Positions 8,610-18,515 of a stretch of 64,000 nucleotides of DNA are shown here, one piece after another. The DNA comes from Candidatus Gottesmanbacteria bacterium RIFCSPLOWO2_01_FULL_43_11b (GTDB lineage: Bacteria; Patescibacteriota; Microgenomatia; UBA10105; UBA927). The translations under genes were made by a program, and so were the position numbers. The notes below the pieces were generated by a model. It was not told the DNA's origin. It searched no databases and was given only the letters and a program-made list of their open reading frames with translations. The stretch is taken from NCBI GenBank assembly GCA_001780985.1, contig MFJV01000001.1, forward strand, positions 913,609 to 977,608, given 5' to 3'. How positions within the stretch are numbered: the first letter of the stretch is position 1; each line of letters opens with the position of its first letter.

Positions 8610-9918
8610 CAGAAAAATAATATTTTTCATAATTTTTATCCTGACGGTGGCGCTTCGTCTGTATCGAATTGATGCACCGCTGGGGGACTGGCACAGTTGG
8701 CGGCAGTCTGATACTGCCTCAGTGGCCAGAAATTACCTGAAATTCGGTTTTGATCCGCTTCGCCCCCGTTACGATGATCTTTCAAGCATTCCGTCGGGTC
8801 TTGATAATCCCATGGGATACCGTATGGTTGAATTCCCACTCTATCAGTTGATTAGCGCAGGTTTAGCAAAGACATTCCCGCAATACTCTGTGGAGGTGTG
8901 GCTCCGGTTGGTCACAGTTGCAGCTGCAGCAGGGACGGCAGTGCTTTTATCCCGAATAAACCTTGTGGCGGGATTTGTTTATGCAGTTCTTCCATATAGT
9001 ATTTTTTTCGGAAGAACAATCCTACCGGAAACGTTTGCAGTTTTTTGGGCAATATTAAGCTTATCTTTATTACCAAAGCGGGTCGTATTGGCCGCTATTG
9101 CGGGGGCATTAGCATTATTAGTAAAACCAACGACAGGTTTTTTACTCCTACCCGTAGTCTATCTGCTTCGTAGAAATATTATTCAATTATTCTTTTACTC
9201 TGTTATTTCATTATTGCCTTTTGTGCTTTGGCGACAATGGATATCTCAATTTCCTGAAGGCATCCCCGCGTATACCTGGCTTCTTAACTCCAATAATATT
9301 CGATTTAAAGGTGCATGGTTCCATTGGTTATTTGCAAAAAGAATAGGAGAATTGATGCTTGGATTTTGGGGCTTAATCCCATTTGCCCTTGGTATTTCAG
9401 CTTTTTGGGGTATCGGCGCACTTTTATACCTCGTTGTATTTGCTACAGGCAACGTTCAACATGATTACTATCAAATTCTTCTTCTTCCAGCAGTTTGTAT
9501 CTTTGTCGGAAAAGGACTGCGACGTCTTCCTTGGTTTTTAGCATCCGTCTCATTTTTATTTATGCTTGCCTTTTCCTGGTATACAATTCGCACGTACTAC
9601 TGGATTAACCGCCCGGATATAGTTGAAGCCGGAAAACTGGCTGACCAAATATTACCTAAAAACGCCAAAGTAATTGCGCCATATAACGGTGATACAACGT
9701 TTTTGTATCAAACCAATCGTCAGGGTTGGCCCATTGGATTTGATATCGAGAAAAAGCTTAAAATGGGTGCAACAGCCTACGTGACGGTTTCTCCTACTGA
9801 TAATGATACAGAAACAAAACAACTTGCAAACTGCTATACCGTACTTGTTCGTAATGACCGCTACGCCATTATCGATCTTACCAAACCTACAAAAATCTGC
9901 ACAATCACAAATCCATGA
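8602..9918 (+). CDS. GT-C glycosyltransferase (family 39 / ArnT-PMT-like)
   Basis: N-terminal LRLYRIDAPLGDWHSWRQSDTA motif typical of ArnT/PMT-type GT-C enzymes; about 11 TM helices. Confidence 0.65.
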   Translation: MNNRKIIFFIIFILTVALRLYRIDAPLGDWHSWRQSDTASVARNYLKFGFDPLRPRYDDLSSIPSGLDNPMGYRMVEFPLYQLISAGLAKTFPQYSVEVWLRLVTVAAAAGTAVLLSRINLVAGFVYAVLPYSIFFGRTILPETFAVFWAILSLSLLPKRVVLAAIAGALALLVKPTTGFLLLPVVYLLRRNIIQLFFYSVISLLPFVLWRQWISQFPEGIPAYTWLLNSNNIRFKGAWFHWLFAKRIGELMLGFWGLIPFALGISAFWGIGALLYLVVFATGNVQHDYYQILLLPAVCIFVGKGLRRLPWFLASVSFLFMLAFSWYTIRTYYWINRPDIVEAGKLADQILPKNAKVIAPYNGDTTFLYQTNRQGWPIGFDIEKKLKMGATAYVTVSPTDNDTETKQLANCYTVLVRNDRYAIIDLTKPTKICTITNP

Positions 9919-11009
9919 AAATTCTTTTTGTTTCAGCAGTACTTCCATGGCCGCTTCATTCAGGGGGACAAATACGAATATACAATCTCTTAAAACGCTT
10001 GGGGAAGAAACACGAAATAACACTTGTCTCATTCATTCGACACCCTGAAGAACTTTCATATCTTAAAGAACTTTCATTTTGCCGATACGTATACATGATC
10101 CACCGCGGATCTGCATGGCAGCCTCGGTACATAATGAGTACCGCCGGCAGATATCCGTTTTTATTGGCAACGTACAACAATGCGGAAATGAAAAATCTTA
10201 TTACCGGTCTTATGAAAAAAAATACGTATGATCTTATTCACCTCGAGCCTTTCTACGTTTGGCCGTCACTGCCCAAAACAGAAACCCCGGTTATCGTTGG
10301 AGAACATAACATCGAATATGAAATATACCAAGAGTACGTGCGACGGTTTCCAATTTTACCCCTGCGGCCATTTTTATATCTCGACACAATCAAGCTCAAA
10401 TTTTGGGAGGAATATGTGTGGCGCAAAGCTTCCGCGATTACCGCTGTTTCAGAACATGATAAAAAGGTAATTCGTAAAGTAAATAGCAACGTTTACCCTG
10501 TGCCGAATGGTGTCGACATACAGTCATTTCCATTCAAACCTAAGAAAACAAGAAGACTTCTGTTTTTGTATACGGGAAATTTTAAATGGATGGAAAACAG
10601 AGATGCGGCTCAAAATATTGTCCAAAATTACTGGCCAACGATTAAAAAGCAGTACCCTAACGCAAGGCTTCGAATTGTAGGCAAGGGTGCGCCGGATGGT
10701 GGGGTTGCAAGTATTGTCGATGAGTTACACAATGCCGATATTATGTTGGCTCCGATTCGGATTGGCGGCGGAACAAAATTTAAGATTCTTGAAGCGATGG
10801 CAACGGGATTGCCGGTTGTCACGACGACTGTTGGTGCGCAAGGTTTGGATACCGACTGTTTGTGGATCGCGGACCACGTCGATCAATTGAATATCGCCGA
10901 GGTTCTCAAGGATACGAAAAAAATAAAAAAGGCAAGGGATGTAGTCGAACAGCAATACAATTGGGATAAAATTACTTTACAGTTAGATCACGTATGGACC
11001 TCTCTATAG
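9915..11009 (+). CDS. glycosyltransferase family 4
   Basis: GT-B fold; C-terminal KILEAMATGLPVV motif. Confidence 0.8.
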   Translation: MKILFVSAVLPWPLHSGGQIRIYNLLKRLGKKHEITLVSFIRHPEELSYLKELSFCRYVYMIHRGSAWQPRYIMSTAGRYPFLLATYNNAEMKNLITGLMKKNTYDLIHLEPFYVWPSLPKTETPVIVGEHNIEYEIYQEYVRRFPILPLRPFLYLDTIKLKFWEEYVWRKASAITAVSEHDKKVIRKVNSNVYPVPNGVDIQSFPFKPKKTRRLLFLYTGNFKWMENRDAAQNIVQNYWPTIKKQYPNARLRIVGKGAPDGGVASIVDELHNADIMLAPIRIGGGTKFKILEAMATGLPVVTTTVGAQGLDTDCLWIADHVDQLNIAEVLKDTKKIKKARDVVEQQYNWDKITLQLDHVWTSL

Positions 11010-11863
11010 TCATTCTCAATTACAACACTGTTGACTTGACACGGATATGTCTCCAAACAGTGTTTGCCTCCAACCTCGGAAAATATACCATGGAAGTAAT
11101 TGTATGCGATAACGGCAGTAGCGACGGAAGTTTGGAGATGATTAAGAAAGAATTCCCTCAGGTAATCCTCATCGATAACAAAAAAAATCTGGGCTTTGCG
11201 GCAGGGAATAATCCCGGGATAAAACGGGCAAAGGGCAGGTATATTCTTCTCCTAAACACCGATATAGAAATTCCGAAAGATACAATTCGGGTGATGCTCG
11301 AGTTTATGGACGGCAGTCCTCAAGTAGGAGTATCAACATGTAAACTACAGCTGCCCGAAGGCTCCATGGACCCTGCCTGTCACAGGGGATTCCCAACACC
11401 TTGGGCAGCATTTACGTACATGAGTGGTCTGGAAAAAATATTTCCCCACACAAAACTTTTCGGAGAGTATCACCAGGGATATAAAGATTTAAAAACCATT
11501 CATGAAGTTGATTGCATCGTTGGTGCATTTTTCCTGGTGAGAAGAGAAGTAATTAAAGAGGTTGGACTACTTGATGAAGACTATTTTATGTATGCAGAAG
11601 ATATTGATTGGTGTTACCGGATAAGAGAGGCAGGTTGGAAGATTATGTTCAATCCAAAAGTTACAATGCTCCATAAGAAAAAACAAAGCGGACGGGCAAA
11701 TATTTTGCGCAAACGCCGCGTCATAACGGAGATCTATTTCCATAAATACAACTGGCTTTTTTACAAAAAGCACTATGCGAAAAAATACGGATCCTTTGTT
11801 TCCATACCCGTCAATATCTTCTACGCGACACGTTTATTTTTTCTTGAAAAACTCGGTCTATGA
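10994..11863 (+). CDS. glycosyltransferase family 2
   Basis: MDLSIVILNYN...VCDNGSSDGS; paralogue of the GT2 at 4766. Confidence 0.8.
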   Translation: MDLSIVILNYNTVDLTRICLQTVFASNLGKYTMEVIVCDNGSSDGSLEMIKKEFPQVILIDNKKNLGFAAGNNPGIKRAKGRYILLLNTDIEIPKDTIRVMLEFMDGSPQVGVSTCKLQLPEGSMDPACHRGFPTPWAAFTYMSGLEKIFPHTKLFGEYHQGYKDLKTIHEVDCIVGAFFLVRREVIKEVGLLDEDYFMYAEDIDWCYRIREAGWKIMFNPKVTMLHKKKQSGRANILRKRRVITEIYFHKYNWLFYKKHYAKKYGSFVSIPVNIFYATRLFFLEKLGL

Positions 11864-12900
11864 AAATTGGTATTGACGCGAGACTTATTGAAGAAACAGG
11901 AGTCGGCCGCTATATTCAAAACCTTATACGGGAACTCGGGCAAATTGATAAGGAAAATACCTACGTAGTATTTTTACGGAAGAATTATCAATTACCAAAT
12001 AATCGTTGGTCAACCCGCATTGTTGACGTGCCGTGGCATAGCATTAGTGAACAACTGGAGATGCCGAAAATACTTTCGCAAGAAAAACTAGATCTTGTCC
12101 ACATTCCATATCACAATCCGCCAATTTTCTATAACGGCAAAATAGTTATCACTATCCACGATTTAACGATCCTCCATTTTGATACTGGACGCGCAACAAC
12201 ATTGCCGTATCCAATATATAGACTTAAGCGATTAGGGTATTATACGGAGCTTGCCATCGGACTGCGGAGAGCAAAGAAAATTATTACAGTATCGGCGACA
12301 ACAAAACAAGAAATCGTGAATCATTTTCATATTGATCCCGAAATAATTACTGTGACTCCCGAAGCAGCAGATGTAGGGATAAGTCGCGGTAAGAGGCTAG
12401 TTGCAGACGAGTATATATTATATGTGGGCAATGCTTATCCCCATAAGAATCTTGATGCTCTTTTCGATGCGTGGCCGGGGAAAATAGTTTTGGCAACGCC
12501 CGATGATTACTTCTCAAAAAGACTTGCGAAACGTAAAAATGTATTCATGTTTGGGGAGGCAAGTAAAGATGAACTTGCTAATCTCTATACATATGCCCAT
12601 GCATTAGTATTCCCGTCTCTTATGGAAGGATTTGGACTTCCCGGAATTGAAGCAATGGCAATTGGCACACCGGTTATATGTTCTGATATCCAGGTATTTC
12701 GTGAAATGTATGGGAATGCGGCTGTTATGTTTAATCCAAATGACTCAAACGATATAGCAAAAAAAATAAAAGAAGTTTTGGGAAACGAAAAACTGCGGAA
12801 AGATTTAATTGCAAAGGGAAAAAAGCAGGCTTCAAAATACTCCTGGCGCAAAATGGCGGAACAGACACTCAAAATCTATGAAAGTAGCTCTCGTCTATGA
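11860..12900 (+). CDS. glycosyltransferase family 4
   Basis: MKIGIDAR...GVGRY N-terminus; EGFGLPGIEAMA motif. Confidence 0.8.
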   Translation: MKIGIDARLIEETGVGRYIQNLIRELGQIDKENTYVVFLRKNYQLPNNRWSTRIVDVPWHSISEQLEMPKILSQEKLDLVHIPYHNPPIFYNGKIVITIHDLTILHFDTGRATTLPYPIYRLKRLGYYTELAIGLRRAKKIITVSATTKQEIVNHFHIDPEIITVTPEAADVGISRGKRLVADEYILYVGNAYPHKNLDALFDAWPGKIVLATPDDYFSKRLAKRKNVFMFGEASKDELANLYTYAHALVFPSLMEGFGLPGIEAMAIGTPVICSDIQVFREMYGNAAVMFNPNDSNDIAKKIKEVLGNEKLRKDLIAKGKKQASKYSWRKMAEQTLKIYESSSRL

Positions 12901-13945
12901 CCGTGTAAATAAATGGGGAGGGGCGGAGAGGGTGCTGCTGGCACTCCATGAGATTTGGCCTGATGCGCCGCTCTATACAGCTGTCTACGATGAAAAACAA
13001 GCCCCCTGGGCAAAGGTTTTTCAAGTAAAACCATCTTTTTTACAGCACTTTCCCTTTGCCAAAAGCTACCACGAACTCTACCCGTGGTTAACTCCCATGG
13101 CTTTTGAGACGTTTAATTTTGGTGAGTTTGACGTAGTCATTTCCATAACGAGCGCAGAAGCCAAAGGTATTATCACAAAGCCAAAAACACTCCATATCTG
13201 CTATTGTCTTACCCCAACTCGCTACCTTTGGAGCGGGAAAGATGTATACGAGAACACTCCCGGAATGTGGGGACTTGGTTTACGCGTGTGGGGACCAACA
13301 CTTCGAAAATGGGATCTTGTAGCATCAAGTCGCCCCGATCACTACATAGCAATCTCAAAACGGGTGAAAGATAGAATTAAGAAATATTATCAAAGGGATT
13401 CTGACGTTATCTATCCTCCGGTAGATATCTTTCAATCAACAAGCAGTAAAAGCGAATATTTTCTTGTTGTTTCACGGTTCGTCGGTTATAAAAGAGTCGA
13501 TATTATTATTGATGCTTTTAACCATCTCGGATGGCCTTTAGTCATTATTGGAGACGGATTACAGAGAAAAGAACTGCAGGAAAGAGCCGATAAAAACATC
13601 CGATTTATCGATCGGCATTTGACAGAAGAAGAATTACACGCCTATTATGGAAATTGCCGAGCACTTATCTCCGCTGCAGACGAAGATTTTGGTATTGCAG
13701 CAGTTGAAGCAATGGGTGCCGGCAAACCGGTTATCTCATTTTCGGAAAGCGGAATCTCGGAAGTCGTTGAATCAGGGAAAACCGGTATTTTTTTTGAAGA
13801 ACAAAACAAACGTGCTATTATCAGTGCTCTTCAAACGTTTATTAAAAAAAGATTCGATCCGGAATTTTGCAGGAAACAAGCACAGCGGTTTGCCAAAGAA
13901 AGATTTAAGAAAGAATTTAAGAATAAAATACTTTCACTCGTATGA
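12878..13945 (+). CDS. glycosyltransferase family 4
   Basis: ATG 12878 (MKVALVYD...); GT-B; AAVEAMGAGKPVI motif. Confidence 0.8.
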   Translation: MKVALVYDRVNKWGGAERVLLALHEIWPDAPLYTAVYDEKQAPWAKVFQVKPSFLQHFPFAKSYHELYPWLTPMAFETFNFGEFDVVISITSAEAKGIITKPKTLHICYCLTPTRYLWSGKDVYENTPGMWGLGLRVWGPTLRKWDLVASSRPDHYIAISKRVKDRIKKYYQRDSDVIYPPVDIFQSTSSKSEYFLVVSRFVGYKRVDIIIDAFNHLGWPLVIIGDGLQRKELQERADKNIRFIDRHLTEEELHAYYGNCRALISAADEDFGIAAVEAMGAGKPVISFSESGISEVVESGKTGIFFEEQNKRAIISALQTFIKKRFDPEFCRKQAQRFAKERFKKEFKNKILSLV

Positions 13946-15015
13946 AGACAATTATTTTTGCAGGAGGGGTTGGGACAAGACTATGGCCGCTTTCACGGAA
14001 AAAATCTCCCAAGCAATTTGAGAAAATTATCGGAAATAAATCCACGCTGCAGCTTGCAGCCGAACGCCTCCAGCCTGATTTTCCGTGGGATACCCTTTAT
14101 GTTTCAACGGGCAAAGCATACGTTTCCACAGTTGCTGACCAACTGGCAAAAGTTCCTGAGAGTCACATTATAGGGGAGCCTGAAATGCGTGACGTTGGTC
14201 CTGCGGTGGGGCTTATGACTGCACTACTTGCGCGTGAATCTCCCAATGAACCTATGGCTATTATTTGGAGTGATCATCTCGTCAAAAACGTAGAATTATT
14301 TCGCAAAATTCTGGTTAACGCCGGAAAAATTATAGAAAAAAAGGGAGACCGGATTGTTTTTGTTGCACAAAAACCCCGCTTTGCAAGTGAGAATCTTGGC
14401 TGGATAGAGTATGGGAAAGAAGTTATACGAGAAAATGGTACTGCATTTCATGAATTCGTTGATTTCCAGTATAGACCGGACCCGGAAACTGCAAAAAAGT
14501 ATTATAAGAGCGGCCACCACGCATGGAATCTTGGATATTTCGTTACCACCCCCAAGTTCTTATGGTCTCTCTATGAACGGTTTGTACCAAATCTTGCAAA
14601 GGGACTAAAAGATATTGTAAAAAGCGAAAAATTTCAACAGACTCTGGAAAAAATATATCCAACGCTTGAAAAAATAAGCTTTGATAATGCAATTTTAGAG
14701 AGTCTCAATCCGAAAGATGCACTTGTTATCTCAGAAAATATTGAATGGAGTGATATAGGAGCCTGGGAAGCGCTTAAAGAAGCACTTGAAAATAGCACGG
14801 ATAAAAACGTAACGCAGGGAAAAGTCATGCTTACGGATACGAGCGATAGTCTCGTTTATAACTACACAAATCAAACAGTCACCACGATCGATGTAAAAGG
14901 AATGCTCGTTGTTGTTACCGATGACGTTGTGTTGGTTTGCCCGAAAGGATCAGTCCCCAAAATCAAAAAATTCGTTGAAAGTCTCTCGGGCACAAAAAAC
15001 GAACATCTTGTTTAA
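13942..15015 (+). CDS. manC: mannose-1-phosphate guanylyltransferase
   Basis: IIFAGGVGTRLWPLSR nucleotidyltransferase motif characteristic of ManC/GMP. Confidence 0.8.
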   Translation: MKTIIFAGGVGTRLWPLSRKKSPKQFEKIIGNKSTLQLAAERLQPDFPWDTLYVSTGKAYVSTVADQLAKVPESHIIGEPEMRDVGPAVGLMTALLARESPNEPMAIIWSDHLVKNVELFRKILVNAGKIIEKKGDRIVFVAQKPRFASENLGWIEYGKEVIRENGTAFHEFVDFQYRPDPETAKKYYKSGHHAWNLGYFVTTPKFLWSLYERFVPNLAKGLKDIVKSEKFQQTLEKIYPTLEKISFDNAILESLNPKDALVISENIEWSDIGAWEALKEALENSTDKNVTQGKVMLTDTSDSLVYNYTNQTVTTIDVKGMLVVVTDDVVLVCPKGSVPKIKKFVESLSGTKNEHLV

Positions 15016-15022
15016 ACAACCC

Positions 15023-15661
15023 ATGCTGTATTCTTTTACAAAACGAATTATTGATATTGTGGGAGCAACGATTCTCCTCATTTTCTTTTTCCCCATATGT
15101 ATTCTGGTAGCACTCGCCATAAAACTTGACCGACCCGGACCGATTTTTGCCGATACGCCGGAGCGTGTTGGGCAAGGCGGAAAGCCATTTAAACTTTTTA
15201 AATTCCGCTCCATGATAATGAACGCACACAAAAAATTACGGCAGGATCCGCGAATGGCACGGCTCTATCAGGAGTATAAGCGGGGTAGCTACAAGTTACG
15301 TCATGATCCCCGGGTAACCCGAGTCGGCAGGTTTATCAGAAAGCACTCACTCGATGAAATCCCCCAACTACTTAATGTTTTACGGGGCGATATGAGTTTG
15401 GTCGGTCCGAGGCCGTACTACCCGGACGAACTAGTTGAACAACAACGGAAATACCCGAACACAAAAAATCTCGTCAAAGTAGTGCTTTCGGCAAAACCCG
15501 GGATAACAGGCTACTGGCAGGTATCAGGGAGAAGCGAGGTCAATTTTGATAAACGGATTAAAATGGATGCAGATTACGTCAAGAGGGAATCGTTATTTCT
15601 TGACCTCCTCATTCTCGCCAAAAGCCCCTGGGCTATGATTTCCGGAAAGGGTGCAGTTTGA
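15023..15661 (+). CDS. initiating phosphoglycosyl transferase (bacterial sugar transferase, WbaP/PglC-like)
   Basis: ATG 15023; single N-terminal TM then conserved KRIIDIV...DRPGPIF...KFRSM sugar-transferase core. Confidence 0.8.
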   Translation: MLYSFTKRIIDIVGATILLIFFFPICILVALAIKLDRPGPIFADTPERVGQGGKPFKLFKFRSMIMNAHKKLRQDPRMARLYQEYKRGSYKLRHDPRVTRVGRFIRKHSLDEIPQLLNVLRGDMSLVGPRPYYPDELVEQQRKYPNTKNLVKVVLSAKPGITGYWQVSGRSEVNFDKRIKMDADYVKRESLFLDLLILAKSPWAMISGKGAV

Positions 15662-15693
15662 CATATAAAATATAAAGTGATAATGTTAGCGCC

Positions 15694-15936
15694 ATGACGG
15701 GCCGACTATTTAAGGAATCGATTAACGACGAACAGAGTATCAATTTTTTTCAGGACGGTGCAGTTTTCTATACGGCTGATGCCGGAAGACTCCCAATAAC
15801 CATTAAGTTTAAGAAAGAGGGGTTTACTGTTATCTATCGAGAATCAAGAGGGGTAGAAAATCACCAACCTCCCATTGATGTGAACCCGACAGAAACTTTT
15901 GAGTTGGCATCGGGAAAAATCCTTCTTGCAGAATAA
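15694..15936 (+). CDS. hypothetical small protein (80 aa)
   Basis: ORF only; the upstream sequence ttagcgccatga is shared with the start of the 21937 paralogue gene. Confidence 0.3.
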   Translation: MTGRLFKESINDEQSINFFQDGAVFYTADAGRLPITIKFKKEGFTVIYRESRGVENHQPPIDVNPTETFELASGKILLAE

Positions 15937-15985
15937 TTTTCTCCCCCCGTTGACAAATTACCCTGAAACAGGAACAATATATAAC

Positions 15986-17938
15986 ATGCCCGATGAGCTT
16001 AAAAAAATAGATTTACCAATAGACTCCCCAATCAAGCCGGAATCTCCAAAGCGCAAAATTAACTGGAAAAAGTTGAAGGTGCCTGCAATTATAATTGGCG
16101 CAATTTTTCTCCTCCTTCTCATTCTCCTTTTACCCCTTCGAGGCGTTATTGCCCAAGGACGGCAGGCGGTTGCGGCTGGCAGGCTGTTATTAGAAGCAGC
16201 TAAAAATCAGGATTTAGCTAAAGCCAAAGAAGGACTGGCCGCAACAAGAAAAGAATTAGAAGACGTACAGCGAGAATTTAATAAGATTAGATTTCTCAAG
16301 TTTATTCCGTATATCGCTGATTTAGAGCATGGGATTAATGCTGCACTTGCCGGAATTTCTGCAGGAGACAAAGCGATTGAAGCGCTCGAACCAAATGCGG
16401 ACCTTTTGGGACTCAAAGGGGAGAGTAAGTTTGTGCAGGGATCAGCAGATGACCGCATCCAAACAGCAGTCAAAACAATGAGCGCCTTAACTCCGAAAGT
16501 TAACGAAATGGCATTGCACATCGATACATTACGAAAAGAACTTAACCAGATTAATCCGAACCGCTATCCAAAAAAGATTGGCAAAACCGTGATACGCGAG
16601 CGTCTTGCATCCACTAAAGAAACAGTTGAAAACGCAGCAAATTTATTCGTCAATGCCCAGCCACTTCTTATAAACCTTCCTGCAATGCTTGGGGAACCAC
16701 AAACAAGACGGTATCTCATCCTTTTCCAAAATGACAAAGAACTTCGGGCAACCGGCGGATTTATTACTGCTTATGCCCAGTTTCGTCTGGAGCGGGGCAA
16801 GATGATTTTAGAAAGAGCCGATGATATTTATAATCTCGACAACGCAAAACGAAAAACTTTTCCAGCTCCCCGCGAGATTACAACATTTCATAAAGGCGTC
16901 TATACGTTAAATATCAGAGATAGCAACCTTTCACCTGACTTTAAACTTTCCATGCAAAAATTTGAGGAGATTTATGACACAGTGAGCGGGAAAGAAGCAA
17001 TTGACGGAATTATCACTGTTGATACACATGTCTTGGTTGAGGCATTCAAGATTCTTGGTCCAATGAACGTTTACGGCCGAGAATTTAGTGCAGAAATTGA
17101 TAAGCGTTGTGACTGCCCGCGAGCGGTTTATGAACTTGAGGATTATTCAACCAGGCCGGTAGGATACGTCCGCGACGCACGGAAAGATATTATTGGTGTA
17201 CTTTTGCAGTCACTCATGCAAAAAGCACTCGGCGTCTCACCATCTCAATATTGGGGGAAACTTTTCCAGATGTTAATTGCTGAAATTAACCAAAAGCATG
17301 TGTTGGGTTACTTCCTTGAAGAAAACGCCCAAAAGGCAGCAGAGAGCTTTAACATGGCAGGCCGGATTATGACCGCAACCGAAACCGCAACACTTCTTAA
17401 ATACCAAGAAGGAGGATGGGATTATATTCACATCAATAACAGCAATATGGCTGGGGCAAAAGCGAACATGTTTGTCTCCCAAAAGGTGACCAAAGATACG
17501 ACAGTAAATGGCAACACGGCAACAACAAAGCTTACGGTTGAATATAAAAATCCGTATCCGGGCAGCGACTGCGGACTGGAAAGCGGGGGGCTATGTCTTA
17601 ATGCACCTCTTCGAAACTGGGTGAGAATTTACGTACCGGCAGGCAGTAAACTAACGGAGAGTAAAGGCAGCCAATCGCCTAAAGATAATCAGCCAGTGCC
17701 ATTGGACGCCTACGATGATCTCGGTAAAACCGTTTTTGAAGGGTTTCTCATAGTCAATCCTATGGGAACAGCACGACTGGATCTTACCTATACTTCACCC
17801 GTTAAATCAGAAGACGGTAAATACCACCTTCTCATCCAGAAACAGCCAGGAACTGAAGGAGACGAGTGGTTGATGAAATTAGCAGGTCGAGAAAAAAAGA
17901 AATTCATGCTCGAAACAGATACAGAACTTGCCCTCTAA
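15986..17938 (+). CDS. large membrane-anchored extracytoplasmic protein of unknown function (possibly DUF4012-like)
   Basis: ATG 15986; N-terminal TM anchor, coiled-coil region, then a large soluble domain; follows the glycan locus. Confidence 0.5.
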   Translation: MPDELKKIDLPIDSPIKPESPKRKINWKKLKVPAIIIGAIFLLLLILLLPLRGVIAQGRQAVAAGRLLLEAAKNQDLAKAKEGLAATRKELEDVQREFNKIRFLKFIPYIADLEHGINAALAGISAGDKAIEALEPNADLLGLKGESKFVQGSADDRIQTAVKTMSALTPKVNEMALHIDTLRKELNQINPNRYPKKIGKTVIRERLASTKETVENAANLFVNAQPLLINLPAMLGEPQTRRYLILFQNDKELRATGGFITAYAQFRLERGKMILERADDIYNLDNAKRKTFPAPREITTFHKGVYTLNIRDSNLSPDFKLSMQKFEEIYDTVSGKEAIDGIITVDTHVLVEAFKILGPMNVYGREFSAEIDKRCDCPRAVYELEDYSTRPVGYVRDARKDIIGVLLQSLMQKALGVSPSQYWGKLFQMLIAEINQKHVLGYFLEENAQKAAESFNMAGRIMTATETATLLKYQEGGWDYIHINNSNMAGAKANMFVSQKVTKDTTVNGNTATTKLTVEYKNPYPGSDCGLESGGLCLNAPLRNWVRIYVPAGSKLTESKGSQSPKDNQPVPLDAYDDLGKTVFEGFLIVNPMGTARLDLTYTSPVKSEDGKYHLLIQKQPGTEGDEWLMKLAGREKKKFMLETDTELAL

Positions 17939-17942
17939 CTCC

Positions 17943-18506
17943 ATGAGTGTGCCTCGGGTTTACAAAGCAGATGCAATTATCCTTAAACGAAGGAATTTCG
18001 GTGAAACAGACAGGATCCTGACTGTATTTACTAAACAGTACGGCAAACTCCGGTTGATTGCCAAAGGTATCCGTAGAGTGACGAGTCGCAGAGCACCGCA
18101 TCTGGAAGTTTTTACCAGAGTGAACGTACTTATCTATCGAGGTGCATCATTAGATAGTCTTTCTGAAGTTATGCCAGTAGAGATTTACAAAAACATTCGA
18201 ACTGACCTTGGGAGAGTGAGTATTGCCTATCTCTATTGTGAACTTATTGACGCACTTCTCCCTGAGAAACAGGAACACAGGGATATATTTGATCTATTTG
18301 TGAACTCGCTTCACACACTTAATGGAAAAAACGCGAGCGATACATATCAAAATAGCAGGCAATTTGCGCTCGAACTATTGTGGAGATTGGGTTTTCTGCC
18401 CAGAAGCAAAACATTAAAGGGAGATACCCTCAAATCATTTATTGAAAGTATTACCGAGAAACGCCTCCGCACCCCCCCTTTTGCACGGCATATCGCTTCC
18501 TGGTAG
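17943..18506 (+). CDS. recO: DNA repair protein RecO
   Basis: N-terminal OB-fold signature (VYKADAIILKRRNFGETDRILTVFTKQYGKLRLIAKGIRR). Confidence 0.7.
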   Translation: MSVPRVYKADAIILKRRNFGETDRILTVFTKQYGKLRLIAKGIRRVTSRRAPHLEVFTRVNVLIYRGASLDSLSEVMPVEIYKNIRTDLGRVSIAYLYCELIDALLPEKQEHRDIFDLFVNSLHTLNGKNASDTYQNSRQFALELLWRLGFLPRSKTLKGDTLKSFIESITEKRLRTPPFARHIASW

Positions 18507-18515
18507 AATTTATCT

